DNA of 64,000 nt. It comes from a bacterium (GTDB taxonomy: Bacteria; Patescibacteriota; Doudnabacteria; UBA920; 2-01-FULL-46-14). The notes below the pieces were generated by a model. It did not search any database. It was not told the DNA's origin and saw nothing but the letters and a program-made list of their open reading frames with translations. Where the stretch lies: assembly GCA_030700065.1 (NCBI GenBank), contig JAUYKH010000003.1, positions 2,876 through 66,875 on the forward strand, given 5' to 3'. Of this stretch, positions 30,030 to 39,489 are shown one piece after another (the first letter of the stretch is position 1; every line of letters begins with the position of its first letter). The position numbers and the translations under genes are program-made.

Positions 30030-30107
30030 GGCCCTATCGTCTAGTCTGGTCTAGGACGCCAGGTTTTCATCCTGGTAACCCGGGTTCGAATCCCGGTGGG
30101 GCTACCA
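30030..30107 (+). tRNA. tRNA-Glu (anticodon TTC), encoded CCA
   Basis: Hand-folded. The anticodon arm is CCAGG-TTTTCAT-CCTGG and the T-arm is CCGGG-TTCGAAT-CCCGG. The acceptor GGCCCTA/TGGGGCT has two G-U pairs. The D-arm is GTCT...GGAC. Confidence 0.75.
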
Positions 30108-31593
30108 AATCCGATTTTTGTTTCTGATAATCCTGATTTAGTTGATAGATAGGCGACAATTTGGCGGTTCCAAATTGCCGGCCATCAAATTTAACTTTCC
30201 CTTTGAAGATTCTCTGCTGAAAGCGTAACCGAGCCAAATAATCCGGTTCCAATTCCAGCCAAGTCTTGGCCGTGTTTCTCACAAATTTAAAGCAGTAGTC
30301 CAAGGTCTCTTCCATATCAAACTCCTCGTCTGCCTTTTCCCGGATAAGCAGGCGTTTTTGATTTATGCGCTCGTTTACCAAATTTTTTTGCTCCTCAAAT
30401 TCCTCATCCGTATATTTTTTCTGTTGGTGAAATTCAAAAATTTTCTGACGTTGCTGTTCCAAAATCGCTATGTCTTTCCGGATTACGGCGTTTTGCCCGT
30501 CCAGCCGCTTGTAATTGTTTTTCCAGATATCGATCATCACGGCCTTAAAAATTTTTTCATATCTGGGACTTGGGGTGATGCTGTCCAAATACTCCACAAA
30601 AAACTGCTCAAACGTTTCTTTGGGGATAAATTTGGTTTTGTCGCATCCCTGTTTTTGGTGATGGTAATAAGCGTATTTTTGGCTCCTGCCACGGCTTTGG
30701 CTGCCAGTCAGCGACTTATCGCACAAATCGCAAACAACCAACTTGCGCAGCGGAAACAACGGATTGTTTATAGAGTGTGGCCGCGGCCCGGCCGAGATTT
30801 TTCCAAATCCGGGCTGGCAACTAGCAAAAAGATTTTTGGATACAATCGGCTCAAAACTCCCTTCGTATTCCTTGCCCCAAATTTTGATGATCCCGCAATA
30901 CAATGGATTTTTTAGAATTTTTTCCATGAGTTGTTGACACGGAACGGATCCGAAACTGGTTCTGAATCCTCGACTGGTCAAAAGTTCGGCTAGACTTTTG
31001 AAAGTATGCTCGCCTTTGGCCCATTCCTCAAAAATCATTTTGACAAAATGGGCGGAATTAGGATCAGGGGCGATATTGTTACTTTTTGCTGGCCGATAGT
31101 ACCCAACCGGGCATTTCCAGACCCATACTCCTTGTTTAATTCTTTCCAACATACCCTGCACCGTGCGTTCGGTACGCATGTTGTTATCCAACTCCGCAAA
31201 TAATGAAAGCATCTGTCCAAAGGCAATACCAGACGGGCCAGTGCCATACGGTTCTGTAACTGATATTAGCTCTGTGCCGGCCTGCACAAGTAGGTCTTTG
31301 ATGTCAATATAGTCTTTAAGACGGCGGGCAAATCGATCCAGTTTGTAGACAATAAAAACACTAATTTTGTTTTTATTGTCTTTGCAGCGGTTGATTGCCT
31401 TTGTGAATTCTGTCCGGTCGGCAGTTTTTGCTGACTCCCCGCGCTCAACAAACACTTTTAAAACCTTGATGTTTTGCCGCTCCGCGTATTCCCGGCACAG
31501 TCGCTCCTGGCTTGCCAAACTGGTGCCCTCAAGCTGGTCATAGGAGCTCACCCGGCAATAAATCACCCCTGTTTTTTGAGTTGTCTGCGTCAT
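30067..31593 (-). CDS. large serine recombinase (resolvase catalytic domain + recombinase domain + zinc ribbon), integrase of element 1
   Basis: The N-terminus VIYCRVSSYDQ carries the catalytic serine. A Cys-rich segment CDLCDKSL...C is present. The last 14 codons (DLVAPPGFEPGLPG) are the reverse complement of the tRNA-Glu T-arm and acceptor. Confidence 0.85.
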   Translation of the reverse strand: MTQTTQKTGVIYCRVSSYDQLEGTSLASQERLCREYAERQNIKVLKVFVERGESAKTADRTEFTKAINRCKDNKNKISVFIVYKLDRFARRLKDYIDIKDLLVQAGTELISVTEPYGTGPSGIAFGQMLSLFAELDNNMRTERTVQGMLERIKQGVWVWKCPVGYYRPAKSNNIAPDPNSAHFVKMIFEEWAKGEHTFKSLAELLTSRGFRTSFGSVPCQQLMEKILKNPLYCGIIKIWGKEYEGSFEPIVSKNLFASCQPGFGKISAGPRPHSINNPLFPLRKLVVCDLCDKSLTGSQSRGRSQKYAYYHHQKQGCDKTKFIPKETFEQFFVEYLDSITPSPRYEKIFKAVMIDIWKNNYKRLDGQNAVIRKDIAILEQQRQKIFEFHQQKKYTDEEFEEQKNLVNERINQKRLLIREKADEEFDMEETLDYCFKFVRNTAKTWLELEPDYLARLRFQQRIFKGKVKFDGRQFGTAKLSPIYQLNQDYQKQKSDLVAPPGFEPGLPG

Positions 31594-31595
31594 AT

Positions 31596-31790
31596 TTATA
31601 TCGTATCCTTTGGTTTTAATTTAGGCAATAACCCAAACGGGATTTTGGAACCGGGCGTTTTGCTGGCCTGCCAACTTTCCAGCGCCAGGTGCCCGAGTTC
31701 ATACAATTCAGCAAGCACCTCTTGGAGCTGTGTGTCCGAGAGGTCGTTCAGGTTCGGATCTATTTGTCTGGCTTGCTTAATTGTTAGCAT
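31596..31790 (-). CDS. small hypothetical protein adjacent to the recombinase (possible directionality factor)
   Basis: The 64-aa ORF is tightly spaced to the recombinase gene. Confidence 0.3.
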   Translation of the reverse strand: MLTIKQARQIDPNLNDLSDTQLQEVLAELYELGHLALESWQASKTPGSKIPFGLLPKLKPKDTI

Positions 31791-31805
31791 GGGCGCGGTT
31801 AATGA

Positions 31806-32045
31806 TTATTTATGGGGTTTTTTACGAGTAGTTTTACTGTCTTTGTTTCGTTGATAATTTTCTTTTCGGATTTGTTTGAAAGGGTCTTCAATAATTTCCA
31901 CTGGTAAAGTCATACTGATTGGAGAATCATTGGTATATGTCACCTTGATATACATTGTTTCTGCCGCTCCCGCTTCCTGGGCCGTGGCGTCCGAATTTGT
32001 GTTTTGTTTCTGACGTACCTTTACTCTTGCTCTTTTTTTACGCAT
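31806..32045 (-). CDS. small basic hypothetical protein
   Basis: The 79-aa ORF has a lysine/arginine-rich N-terminus. Confidence 0.3.
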   Translation of the reverse strand: MRKKRARVKVRQKQNTNSDATAQEAGAAETMYIKVTYTNDSPISMTLPVEIIEDPFKQIRKENYQRNKDSKTTRKKPHK

Positions 32046-32137
32046 TTTGGTTTAATTAATATGCTGCTAATGACCGCGTCCGCCAGTATGGCAAAATTAC
32101 CCGGCCTTAGGGGGAGTAATTTTGCCATACTGTATCC

Positions 32138-33895
32138 CTATTCGTCTATTGATATCACCTCAACCTCCGGGGGATTTTCATCAAACGGTTGCAAGCTACA
32201 AAATACCTTATTTTTTTCTCCTCGCAATTCAAACAGCTCGCCTGCTTCGACCATCTCTTTAACCGCTTCCGCGAATGTTTTGTAGCCAACCTGGAGCTCT
32301 TCCCCCAGTATGGCCTCGAATAGCTCCTTCTTATAAAGCACCGGCGATTGCTCTGATAATATGGATTTAATCGCTTCCTTAATGGCCAATTTTTTACTCA
32401 CTGATTCTTCCACCTCGCCGGCGAAACTGAATTCCCAGAATTTTTTATCGCTGACTATGATGTTCAGGCGAAATGGGTTGGTTTCTTCGGCGTTTCGGAG
32501 CTTGACCTGGGTTACCAAGAGCGAATATTTTTCTTCCCGGTCAATTGCGATCAACGAATGTACGGCGGCCAGAATGTCCGAGGAGCCACGAATAGCCTGA
32601 TCCGGCCGGCCCTTTAACCGGCCGTCCTTGCGGTTGTGGTGAAGGATGAGCACGGTGATCCCTTCTTTGCAAAGTTTCCGGAACAGACCGAATGTCTGGG
32701 CGACTTCAGTGGCGCTGTTTTCTTCGCCTCTGTGGACCCGGACAAGTGAATCAAAAATTGCCAGCTTGATGCCGTTGGTTTTGGCAAATGAAATTGTTTG
32801 CTCAATGCGGTCATCAAGTTTGTAGTTGGAGTATGATAAGAGGAAGATTGGCAAAGCGGGATTGGATTGCAGCATGGCAAAACGCTCCTGCAGCAATCCT
32901 TCGCCATTTTCTTCATCAATGATCAAAACCGGGGCTTTGTGTGTGGCAAATTTGCCGAAAAGCGGATCGCCGTTTGCAACTGATTTGGCCACATCCAATG
33001 CAAACCACGTCTTCCCTGATTTTGGGTGTCCGGCAATGATTGTGATGCCTTCGGCTGGCACGAGTTTTTCGACAATCCATTTTTGTTCTGGGAATTTTTT
33101 TGCCATGAGTTCGGAGAGTTTAATGGGTTCGAATTGTGGCGCTTCGTCCGTCTGGGGTGAGCCATTTGTTCTGCGTTGCATTTCCGTACGCGCTATACTG
33201 TCAAAAGTGTCTCTCAATTCTTTGATCGGAAGAGGTGGTTTATTTCTTTCGTTCCATGCGCAAATTACGTCCCATCCGGCGCTTGCCCATAATTCTGTGG
33301 AAAGATCGTGAAGCAGTTTTCCAACGTAACTCGCCGCGGTTTGATTTCTGACACCTAGGTTCGCCCCGGCCGCAATTTGATGCCAGTCTTTTTGGCCGGC
33401 ATAATTTTGGTTTTGATTCAATACCCATTCGGGCAAATCAGCCAAATCGGTATCGCCCGGGCCAACCATCCATTCGTAACGGTTTCCCGATGCATGTAGG
33501 GACGGCGGGGCGATAACATAACCGCCATCGCCCCGAATGTCAGTCAACTCCCTAACCCGCGCCTCGGTTTTCACCAGTAATCCGGGGTGGCGATAATAGA
33601 AGTGCCAACCCCCGCCGCCGGATTTGGCCATAACTGTCGGCGGCAATCCATCCGTACTGCCGTCTTTTTCAACATCTACAGCAACGATGCCCGAAATAGT
33701 TCCAGTCACAATCCCTATATTCAAATTTGGCCATTGTTTGAACCAAGCTTTAATTTCATCCATCCCTGCTCGTCGAGTTTGAAATTCCTGCCACGCGACA
33801 AGTGGACGTTTGTCCTGATCAATGGGGATGACCGACCATCCCTTGCCCAAATAATTTACTGCCGCGTCGTACGCGTCGTAGTTCGGGTTATTCAT
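32138..33895 (-). CDS. bifunctional primase-polymerase (Prim-Pol) N-domain + AAA_25/RepA-like ATPase; mobile-element replication protein
   Basis: The N-terminal Prim-Pol-like motif NIGIVTGTISGIVAVDVE is followed by Walker A GHPKSGKT and Walker B ILIIDE. Confidence 0.75.
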   Translation of the reverse strand: MNNPNYDAYDAAVNYLGKGWSVIPIDQDKRPLVAWQEFQTRRAGMDEIKAWFKQWPNLNIGIVTGTISGIVAVDVEKDGSTDGLPPTVMAKSGGGGWHFYYRHPGLLVKTEARVRELTDIRGDGGYVIAPPSLHASGNRYEWMVGPGDTDLADLPEWVLNQNQNYAGQKDWHQIAAGANLGVRNQTAASYVGKLLHDLSTELWASAGWDVICAWNERNKPPLPIKELRDTFDSIARTEMQRRTNGSPQTDEAPQFEPIKLSELMAKKFPEQKWIVEKLVPAEGITIIAGHPKSGKTWFALDVAKSVANGDPLFGKFATHKAPVLIIDEENGEGLLQERFAMLQSNPALPIFLLSYSNYKLDDRIEQTISFAKTNGIKLAIFDSLVRVHRGEENSATEVAQTFGLFRKLCKEGITVLILHHNRKDGRLKGRPDQAIRGSSDILAAVHSLIAIDREEKYSLLVTQVKLRNAEETNPFRLNIIVSDKKFWEFSFAGEVEESVSKKLAIKEAIKSILSEQSPVLYKKELFEAILGEELQVGYKTFAEAVKEMVEAGELFELRGEKNKVFCSLQPFDENPPEVEVISIDE

Positions 33896-33997
33896 TTTTT
33901 AGTTCCTTTCTTTTTTTCGGTCTAACTATTTTTGCCATTAGAGCCGATTAATTATTAGCCTTCTACCCTTAATGGCGAAAAATCTGGTGAAATAATG

Positions 33998-34024
33998 AAA
34001 AACCCCTATAAAAAGGGGTTTTTT
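33998..34024 (-). terminator. bidirectional intrinsic terminator (AAAAACCCCT-ATAAA-AGGGGTTTTTT)
   Basis: A perfect 10-bp stem is flanked by A-runs and T-runs. Confidence 0.6.
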
Positions 34025-34058
34025 GCTAACTTATTTCCGGTGAATTCACCGGGACGGC

Positions 34059-34973
34059 TTAGCTGTCATCATCTTGATTTTCTTCGTATACTGAAGGGTT
34101 TTGCTCATCCAAAAAATCCCTTATGCCAAGCCGATCTGGATGTTCAGGGTCGTGCCCTTGTTCGGGTATCAAATTAATTTTGATTCTGTATGCCTTCACT
34201 TTACGATAATTCTCGAATGGGTCGTCGGCAATCTGGAAATAGTACTTTAGCGCTTGCGACAGTAACTGTTTTCGTTTCTTGTTTTTTCCGCCTAAATCGT
34301 TGACGGTATCCCAGTTAATTTCGCCATTGTTGGCAGCCAATTCTTGCAACAGCTTCCATTGAACATTTGGCTGTTTGTTTTTTTCATTTTCAAACCCCAT
34401 CATCGCGAACGTGGTCTGCTTCCTTTCATCCCGAGCATCTATCATCACCTCGCCCCCATTAAAAAATCTTATAGCAATTTCTTCCCAGCGTAAGCCGGCT
34501 GGCCACTCGGGCAGTTCAATATTTTTTTTGCCTTTTCTAAGAATACTTGGCTTGGCAGGTACGTTGCTTTCCAAATCAGCAAGCATGTCATCAAGCGAAG
34601 CCTTTCTTTCCCTGTAGCCGTCGCCCTGCTTTAATTTTTTATAATATTTTAATAAATCCTCCCGTCCGTATTTTAAATCAATACTTTGGCCGTTTGTAAA
34701 TGCATTGGCAAAATCAATCAGGATATCGGGGTTCTTAATTATGAATAATTCTTCCAAATCATCCGCAATCCCTTGTAGTTCGGATTTTAACAGATCAATC
34801 TTGGCGATAAAATTGCCTGCACCACTAATATGATTCAGCAACGGACGGAATTCGGAAAGAGGAGTTGAAAATGATCGCTTTTTCCCTTTGGCTTCGAGCC
34901 TTTTGCGGATCAAAAAAATTAGCAAAGGATAAAGCAATTCTTTTTCTGGATAGTTAGTGTATACGCTGGGCAT
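34059..34973 (-). CDS. hypothetical protein (element 1)
   Basis: The 304-aa ORF has no recognisable motifs. Confidence 0.5.
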   Translation of the reverse strand: MPSVYTNYPEKELLYPLLIFLIRKRLEAKGKKRSFSTPLSEFRPLLNHISGAGNFIAKIDLLKSELQGIADDLEELFIIKNPDILIDFANAFTNGQSIDLKYGREDLLKYYKKLKQGDGYRERKASLDDMLADLESNVPAKPSILRKGKKNIELPEWPAGLRWEEIAIRFFNGGEVMIDARDERKQTTFAMMGFENEKNKQPNVQWKLLQELAANNGEINWDTVNDLGGKNKKRKQLLSQALKYYFQIADDPFENYRKVKAYRIKINLIPEQGHDPEHPDRLGIRDFLDEQNPSVYEENQDDDS

Positions 34974-35539
34974 GCCCTAATTTTACCCTAAAACCACCCT
35001 CCGCCGCCATAAAAAGCATAATCCAGTTAAAAATAGGCAAATTCAGACAAAAAAATGCGAAAGTGGCCGACTTTTTCGGATTGTCTAAATTTTCTGTGAT
35101 CATTGGCCGCGGTTCTGTAAGGATAAACACGGTGCTACTTCAAATATGCCTATGGCCACTGTTTTAACCGGCGGTAGGCGGAATGTACCTAGGATACACC
35201 TAGCTCACCGGCGAGCAACTTGGCGATTTTTTGGAGATTCTTTTTTGGGGATTTTTGATTGCGGTTTTGAAATAATTTTCCAAACCACCGCCCCCCGGAA
35301 TCGGTGAAAATGAACATTTTGCGGAGACAGGGGCCTACACAGGTACTTTCCACAGTTTGTGACTGAAAAAGTCGAACCAGTCCCCCCACTCCCATTCTCG
35401 CCATCCACAATCCTTATACCTTCTCAATGGATTTTTAAGCGATTCCCTGGTCGATAGTCGCTTAAGATCCCCATAATTATGCAGCTTTACGCTGACTTGA
35501 GCGTTCGGCGGCAACGTAAACAAGCCGCCCAAAATAAGT

Positions 35540-35800
35540 ATGAAAGTCAAAACCATTAGGAAAATTAGCTATCGCTCAAGCGACGCTGCCGGTTTGCCCG
35601 TGCCTTGCTTACCTTTGCAAGGCAGGCACATGGAGCAGTACGGCTTCTATTTGGGCGAGACGGTTTTTGTCGCTTATGAACGGGGCAAAATTACCATTAT
35701 CTTGATCGAAAAATCATTAATCAAACCGATTGGGGGTGATCAATATGGAATACAAAAATTATTGCCCTGCGCAGCTCTCAATTCATATTCGCAGAAATGA
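35540..35800 (+). CDS. SymE-family toxin-like protein (AbrB/SpoVT-like fold)
   Basis: KISYRSSDAAGLPVPCLPLQGRHMEQYGFYLGETVFVAYERGKITI resembles the SymE core. Confidence 0.45.
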   Translation: MKVKTIRKISYRSSDAAGLPVPCLPLQGRHMEQYGFYLGETVFVAYERGKITIILIEKSLIKPIGGDQYGIQKLLPCAALNSYSQK

Positions 35801-36098
35801 TTTGGGTCAACTTCTTGAACGCTCGACTATGGTAAATTTGAGGGCCGCAACAGCCGAAGAATGTTACCGACTGTTCGAGGACATCAAAGCCAAGCTGGGC
35901 AAAGAACTAGGTGGCGATGCTAGCCCGGTTTCTATGGACGGGAACGCGCCAATCCATTTCCCAGACGAGAGCGTTCCCTGCGAGGAATGCGGTGGCCGCC
36001 TAGTGGCCCGAGTGGCCAAGAACGGCAAAAATGCAGGCCAAAGATTTTTTGGCTGTATCAACTTCCCGCAGTGTCACTACACACAGGCCGTGGCGTAA
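35746..36098 (+). CDS. protein with a C-terminal topoisomerase-type C4 zinc ribbon
   Basis: CEECGGRLVARVAKNGKNAGQRFFGCINFPQCHY matches zf-C4_Topoisom. A GGGGG Shine-Dalgarno-like run precedes the ATG at 35746. The track ORF begins at 35730. Confidence 0.5.
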
Positions 36099-36157
36099 GG
36101 CGAAAAGGCGGTCGGATTTCCCGGCCGCCTTTGATCTCGATTTCTTTTATTTTTTCA

Positions 36158-37705
36158 CTACCTGTACATATAGATATTGGGCACACCTGGCCGATAATCC
36201 ATCCAGACTATTGTATTTTCATATATATCGGGGCTGCTTTGGGTTGTTCCCGGAAAATTGGTCAGTAATGTAGTCTCCCCTGTAACTATGTCATACATCA
36301 CAATATCCCCGGGGTTGTCATAGTAAGTGTCAAACCACACGATTTTTGTTCCATAGATGGCCGGTCCCCCTTGAGATCCTATGTTGCTCGAAAGCTGGGT
36401 TTCCTGGCCCGTGGTAATGTCGTACATGTACACATCCGGGTTATCATTCCGAAAATCCGTCCAAACAATGATGTTTCCGTAAATATCGGGGTGATTCTGT
36501 TGCCGTAAGGCCGTGGTAACATGCGTTTCCTGGTCTGTTGAAAGGTCATACAGATAAATATCAGAATTGCCTAAGCTGTTCCCCGTTTCATCAGGATTGC
36601 GCATGTCGTCCCACACTACTCTGTCCCCCTGTATTCGCGGACATCCGGGCAGGAGGACTGATCCCGAGAGGCTTCGTTCCTCCCCGGTAGTCAGATCCAA
36701 AAGATAAATATCACTGCGATTCGAATTACCCGGTTCATCGCTGTACCGATTGTCTCGCCACACCACGCGGTTTCCGTAAATGTCCGGGCAGGCCAGCTTG
36801 GCCAGATCGCTGTTGATTCTTGCGGTTTGTCCATTATCCGTATTGTATAAATAGACTGCGTCATTCACCCCATATACGATATTGTGCTCATAAACATGCG
36901 GGAAAATCTGCCCCTGGGACTGGACATTTGATATCTGGGCGGCTTCGCCGGTTGCAAGGTTCTTGTAGTAAACCTCCCAGGCATTGGTCCGATAATCGGC
37001 CCAGGCTACAATGTTGCCATAGATTGACGGTGAAAACTGGGGCGCATTGTTCGGGCTAACGGCAGAAATGGTGGGAGCGGGTGGCGGTGGGGGCGGAGGC
37101 AAAGCGATGTTGTAAGCGATGCAGTAAATATCCGCCGGGTGTTTTTTATCAAGTGAAACGAGCTCCAAATTATCCCCGTTGCGCGCGTTGTTATAGCATC
37201 GCAAGGCGGCAAAATCGGCTTCAATATTTTGATCGGGGTTTTCGCTCACCCACAACTTTTTGGGAAAATCTTTTTTCTTGTGAGTCGTGTCGAGGGAAGA
37301 CAAGGGAATTATCACCTCGCCGGACGAATCCGTCAGGGGAGTGAAAAAGACGTCTTTTGTTTGCCGTTGATCGGTTGAGAGCTTGAAGCTCCGGCCGCTT
37401 GTTCGGGCGCAGTTCGCGGGAATCTCGGCAGGATCTACGGGTTTGGGCGAGTATTTGGCCGGGAAATGCGGTCTGGAAGCGCTGTAGTTTGTAAAGTCCA
37501 CGTAATGCCCGCCGGTTTCGTCTTTGCGATCAGCTTTGGCATTTCCCGTAATGTCCTGCCAAGAGGGGCAATTTACGCTTATGAAATGCAACGATGCATC
37601 CGCCGGCGGAGCCGGGTGGGCCTGTGCCGTGGGCAGGATCGCCGCACCTAACACCAGCGCAACACCTCCTCCAACTATCGAGAATACAGACTTGTTCATA
37701 TTCAT
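36158..37705 (-). CDS. secreted beta-propeller repeat protein (TolB/PD40-like repeats) with a poly-proline linker
   Basis: A signal peptide MNMNKSVFSIVGGGVALVLGAAILPTAQA is present. The motif IYGNxVVWxDxR...DIYxxDLxTGEE recurs, and a PPPPPPPAP run is present. Confidence 0.5.
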   Translation of the reverse strand: MNMNKSVFSIVGGGVALVLGAAILPTAQAHPAPPADASLHFISVNCPSWQDITGNAKADRKDETGGHYVDFTNYSASRPHFPAKYSPKPVDPAEIPANCARTSGRSFKLSTDQRQTKDVFFTPLTDSSGEVIIPLSSLDTTHKKKDFPKKLWVSENPDQNIEADFAALRCYNNARNGDNLELVSLDKKHPADIYCIAYNIALPPPPPPPAPTISAVSPNNAPQFSPSIYGNIVAWADYRTNAWEVYYKNLATGEAAQISNVQSQGQIFPHVYEHNIVYGVNDAVYLYNTDNGQTARINSDLAKLACPDIYGNRVVWRDNRYSDEPGNSNRSDIYLLDLTTGEERSLSGSVLLPGCPRIQGDRVVWDDMRNPDETGNSLGNSDIYLYDLSTDQETHVTTALRQQNHPDIYGNIIVWTDFRNDNPDVYMYDITTGQETQLSSNIGSQGGPAIYGTKIVWFDTYYDNPGDIVMYDIVTGETTLLTNFPGTTQSSPDIYENTIVWMDYRPGVPNIYMYR

Positions 37706-37714
37706 ATCATTTAA

Positions 37715-38380
37715 TTAATAAATAGGTTTATTATTAAAGGCAATGTTGGTATCTCCAATAAGTTTATTTGTGCCGCCAGTACTGGCCTGTTTCATGAGCG
37801 ATTCTAGACCTCCGAATTCCTTATCGCCAAAGTAGGTATCGGTTTTATTTTGCATCGCCCTAGTAAAATCTCCCAGTGCCTCATCATATCGGCCCACTTT
37901 TAAGAAACAATAGCCCCGTTCTACCAACCCCCAACATAAACCATTAATTGCATCAGGCCCGCCAACAAACTTTAATCCAGTTGTGTAGTCAATTATGGCT
38001 TTGTCATACAGACCCTGCAGTCGGTATATTTCACCTTTTCTGTAAAAAGCTTGATAGTAGTCTGGCCGGGACAAAATCGCGTAATCTAACCATTTTAGCG
38101 CGTTATTAAAATCGTTCGCATATAAAAAATTCTGAACGGCCACTTTATATGCCGCAAGGCCGACTGACCCTAAACTTGCGCAAAAAACAGCTTCTTGTTG
38201 TAGCCCTAACCTTTCGAGTTCACAAATGATTATTTTTTGAATATCTTGTTCTTGCATACTTGTATTGGTGGAAGCCGCCCGGCTAACACAAAACCCCGTG
38301 TCAGCTGGCCTTGCGGCCCATAACCCTTTCGGGCTATGACTCGTTGAAAAGTTGCTGAACGCGGGGTTCACTGTTTTCAA
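37715..38380 (-). CDS. TPR-repeat protein; probable true start at 38257 (MQEQ), with the ORF-track N-terminus running through repeat copy 1
   Basis: TPR-like helices are present (YYQAFYRKGEIYRLQGLYDKAIIDY). The first 41 codons coincide with the 88-bp repeat element. Confidence 0.5.
   Translation of the reverse strand: MKTVNPAFSNFSTSHSPKGLWAARPADTGFCVSRAASTNTSMQEQDIQKIIICELERLGLQQEAVFCASLGSVGLAAYKVAVQNFLYANDFNNALKWLDYAILSRPDYYQAFYRKGEIYRLQGLYDKAIIDYTTGLKFVGGPDAINGLCWGLVERGYCFLKVGRYDEALGDFTRAMQNKTDTYFGDKEFGGLESLMKQASTGGTNKLIGDTNIAFNNKPIY
38283..38370 (-). repeat. 88-bp self-hairpin repeat, copy 1 (about 92% identical to copy 2 at 45792..45879, inverted orientation)
   Basis: Outer stem AACCCCGCGTTCAGC/GCTGACACGGGGTT and internal GNRA-loop hairpins. 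Based on my hand alignment of the two copies. Confidence 0.6.
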
Positions 38381-38520
38381 CGAGTTTTTCCTGCCATGCC
38401 CCAGTTATGGAGTTTAGGCCGTATTCAATTGTACTCGAATTATACGCCCGCGCTTTTTACTTATCAAGTGAAAAGTGGTAAAATAATACGACTAATTATA
38501 CTAAATACTAACTATAACAG

Positions 38521-39489
38521 ATGAGCGTAATACATGTAGGCCATTCAGAGATAGTACGATTCGCTGACGAACGAGTGAATCTCAAACGTGATGACGCGAA
38601 AGTCTTCAGAGATCAAATTAATCGTTTGCGTGATCGTTTAGAACAACACTTGAGTGAACATCCAGATTTTGCTCTTAAAAAAATGTTCCTATCAGGGAGT
38701 CTTGCAAAAGGGACAGCACTGAAATTGATTAATGATGGCGACGTTGCCGTTTACGTTTCTTCTGGCGATGCACCATCGGACACGCAGCAGCTTATCCCTT
38801 GGCTTGCACAGCGACTTCGTCAGGCCTTTCCCAATATCAAACCAGGGCAAGTCGTAGAAAATCCGTCCACGCTAACAGTATCTTTTATTGAAACAGGATT
38901 AAGGGTTGATGTCGTCCCTGTTCTTTATAGCGGTGATCCTAATTGGAAAGGTTATATTGTTTCAAAGCATACAGGGGAAAAAGTACTTACCAGCATACCG
39001 ATGCATATAGATTTCACTCGTCGCAGGAAAGCAGCAAATGAAATTCATTTCGCGCAAGTAGTCCGCCTCATGAAATTCTGGGTCAGGAATCAAAGACTAG
39101 AAAATCCAGAATTCCGATTCAAGTCATTCATGATTGAGTTGCTCGTGGCGCATCTTGCAGATCGAGGACTGCTCCAGCTTGATGACTATCCTGAAGCGTT
39201 GGCACAAATTTTTGCACATATTGCAAAAGATAGTTTTAAATCAACAATTGCATTTGGCGACCACTATGATCCCAAGCTTTGTGCTGAAACATCTCATCCG
39301 ATCCGCATTTGGGATCCCATAAACCATCAAAATAATACTGCTAGTCGCTATACTGACGCACAAAGAAAAACGATTATCGAATTCGCATTAGATGCTGGCG
39401 ATGCCATTGACTCCGCTCTCCACGCTACTACAAAGGCCGACACTCTACGATACTGGCGCAAAGTTTTAGGATCAACATTTGACGCATAA
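38521..39489 (+). CDS. cGAS/DncV-like nucleotidyltransferase (CD-NTase, CdnC-like)
   Basis: Pol-beta NTase signature SGSLAKGTALKLINDGDVAVYV, with a third acidic residue in LRVDVVPV. A helical C-domain follows (HFAQVVRLMKFW, FKSFMIELL). Confidence 0.75.
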   Translation: MSVIHVGHSEIVRFADERVNLKRDDAKVFRDQINRLRDRLEQHLSEHPDFALKKMFLSGSLAKGTALKLINDGDVAVYVSSGDAPSDTQQLIPWLAQRLRQAFPNIKPGQVVENPSTLTVSFIETGLRVDVVPVLYSGDPNWKGYIVSKHTGEKVLTSIPMHIDFTRRRKAANEIHFAQVVRLMKFWVRNQRLENPEFRFKSFMIELLVAHLADRGLLQLDDYPEALAQIFAHIAKDSFKSTIAFGDHYDPKLCAETSHPIRIWDPINHQNNTASRYTDAQRKTIIEFALDAGDAIDSALHATTKADTLRYWRKVLGSTFDA

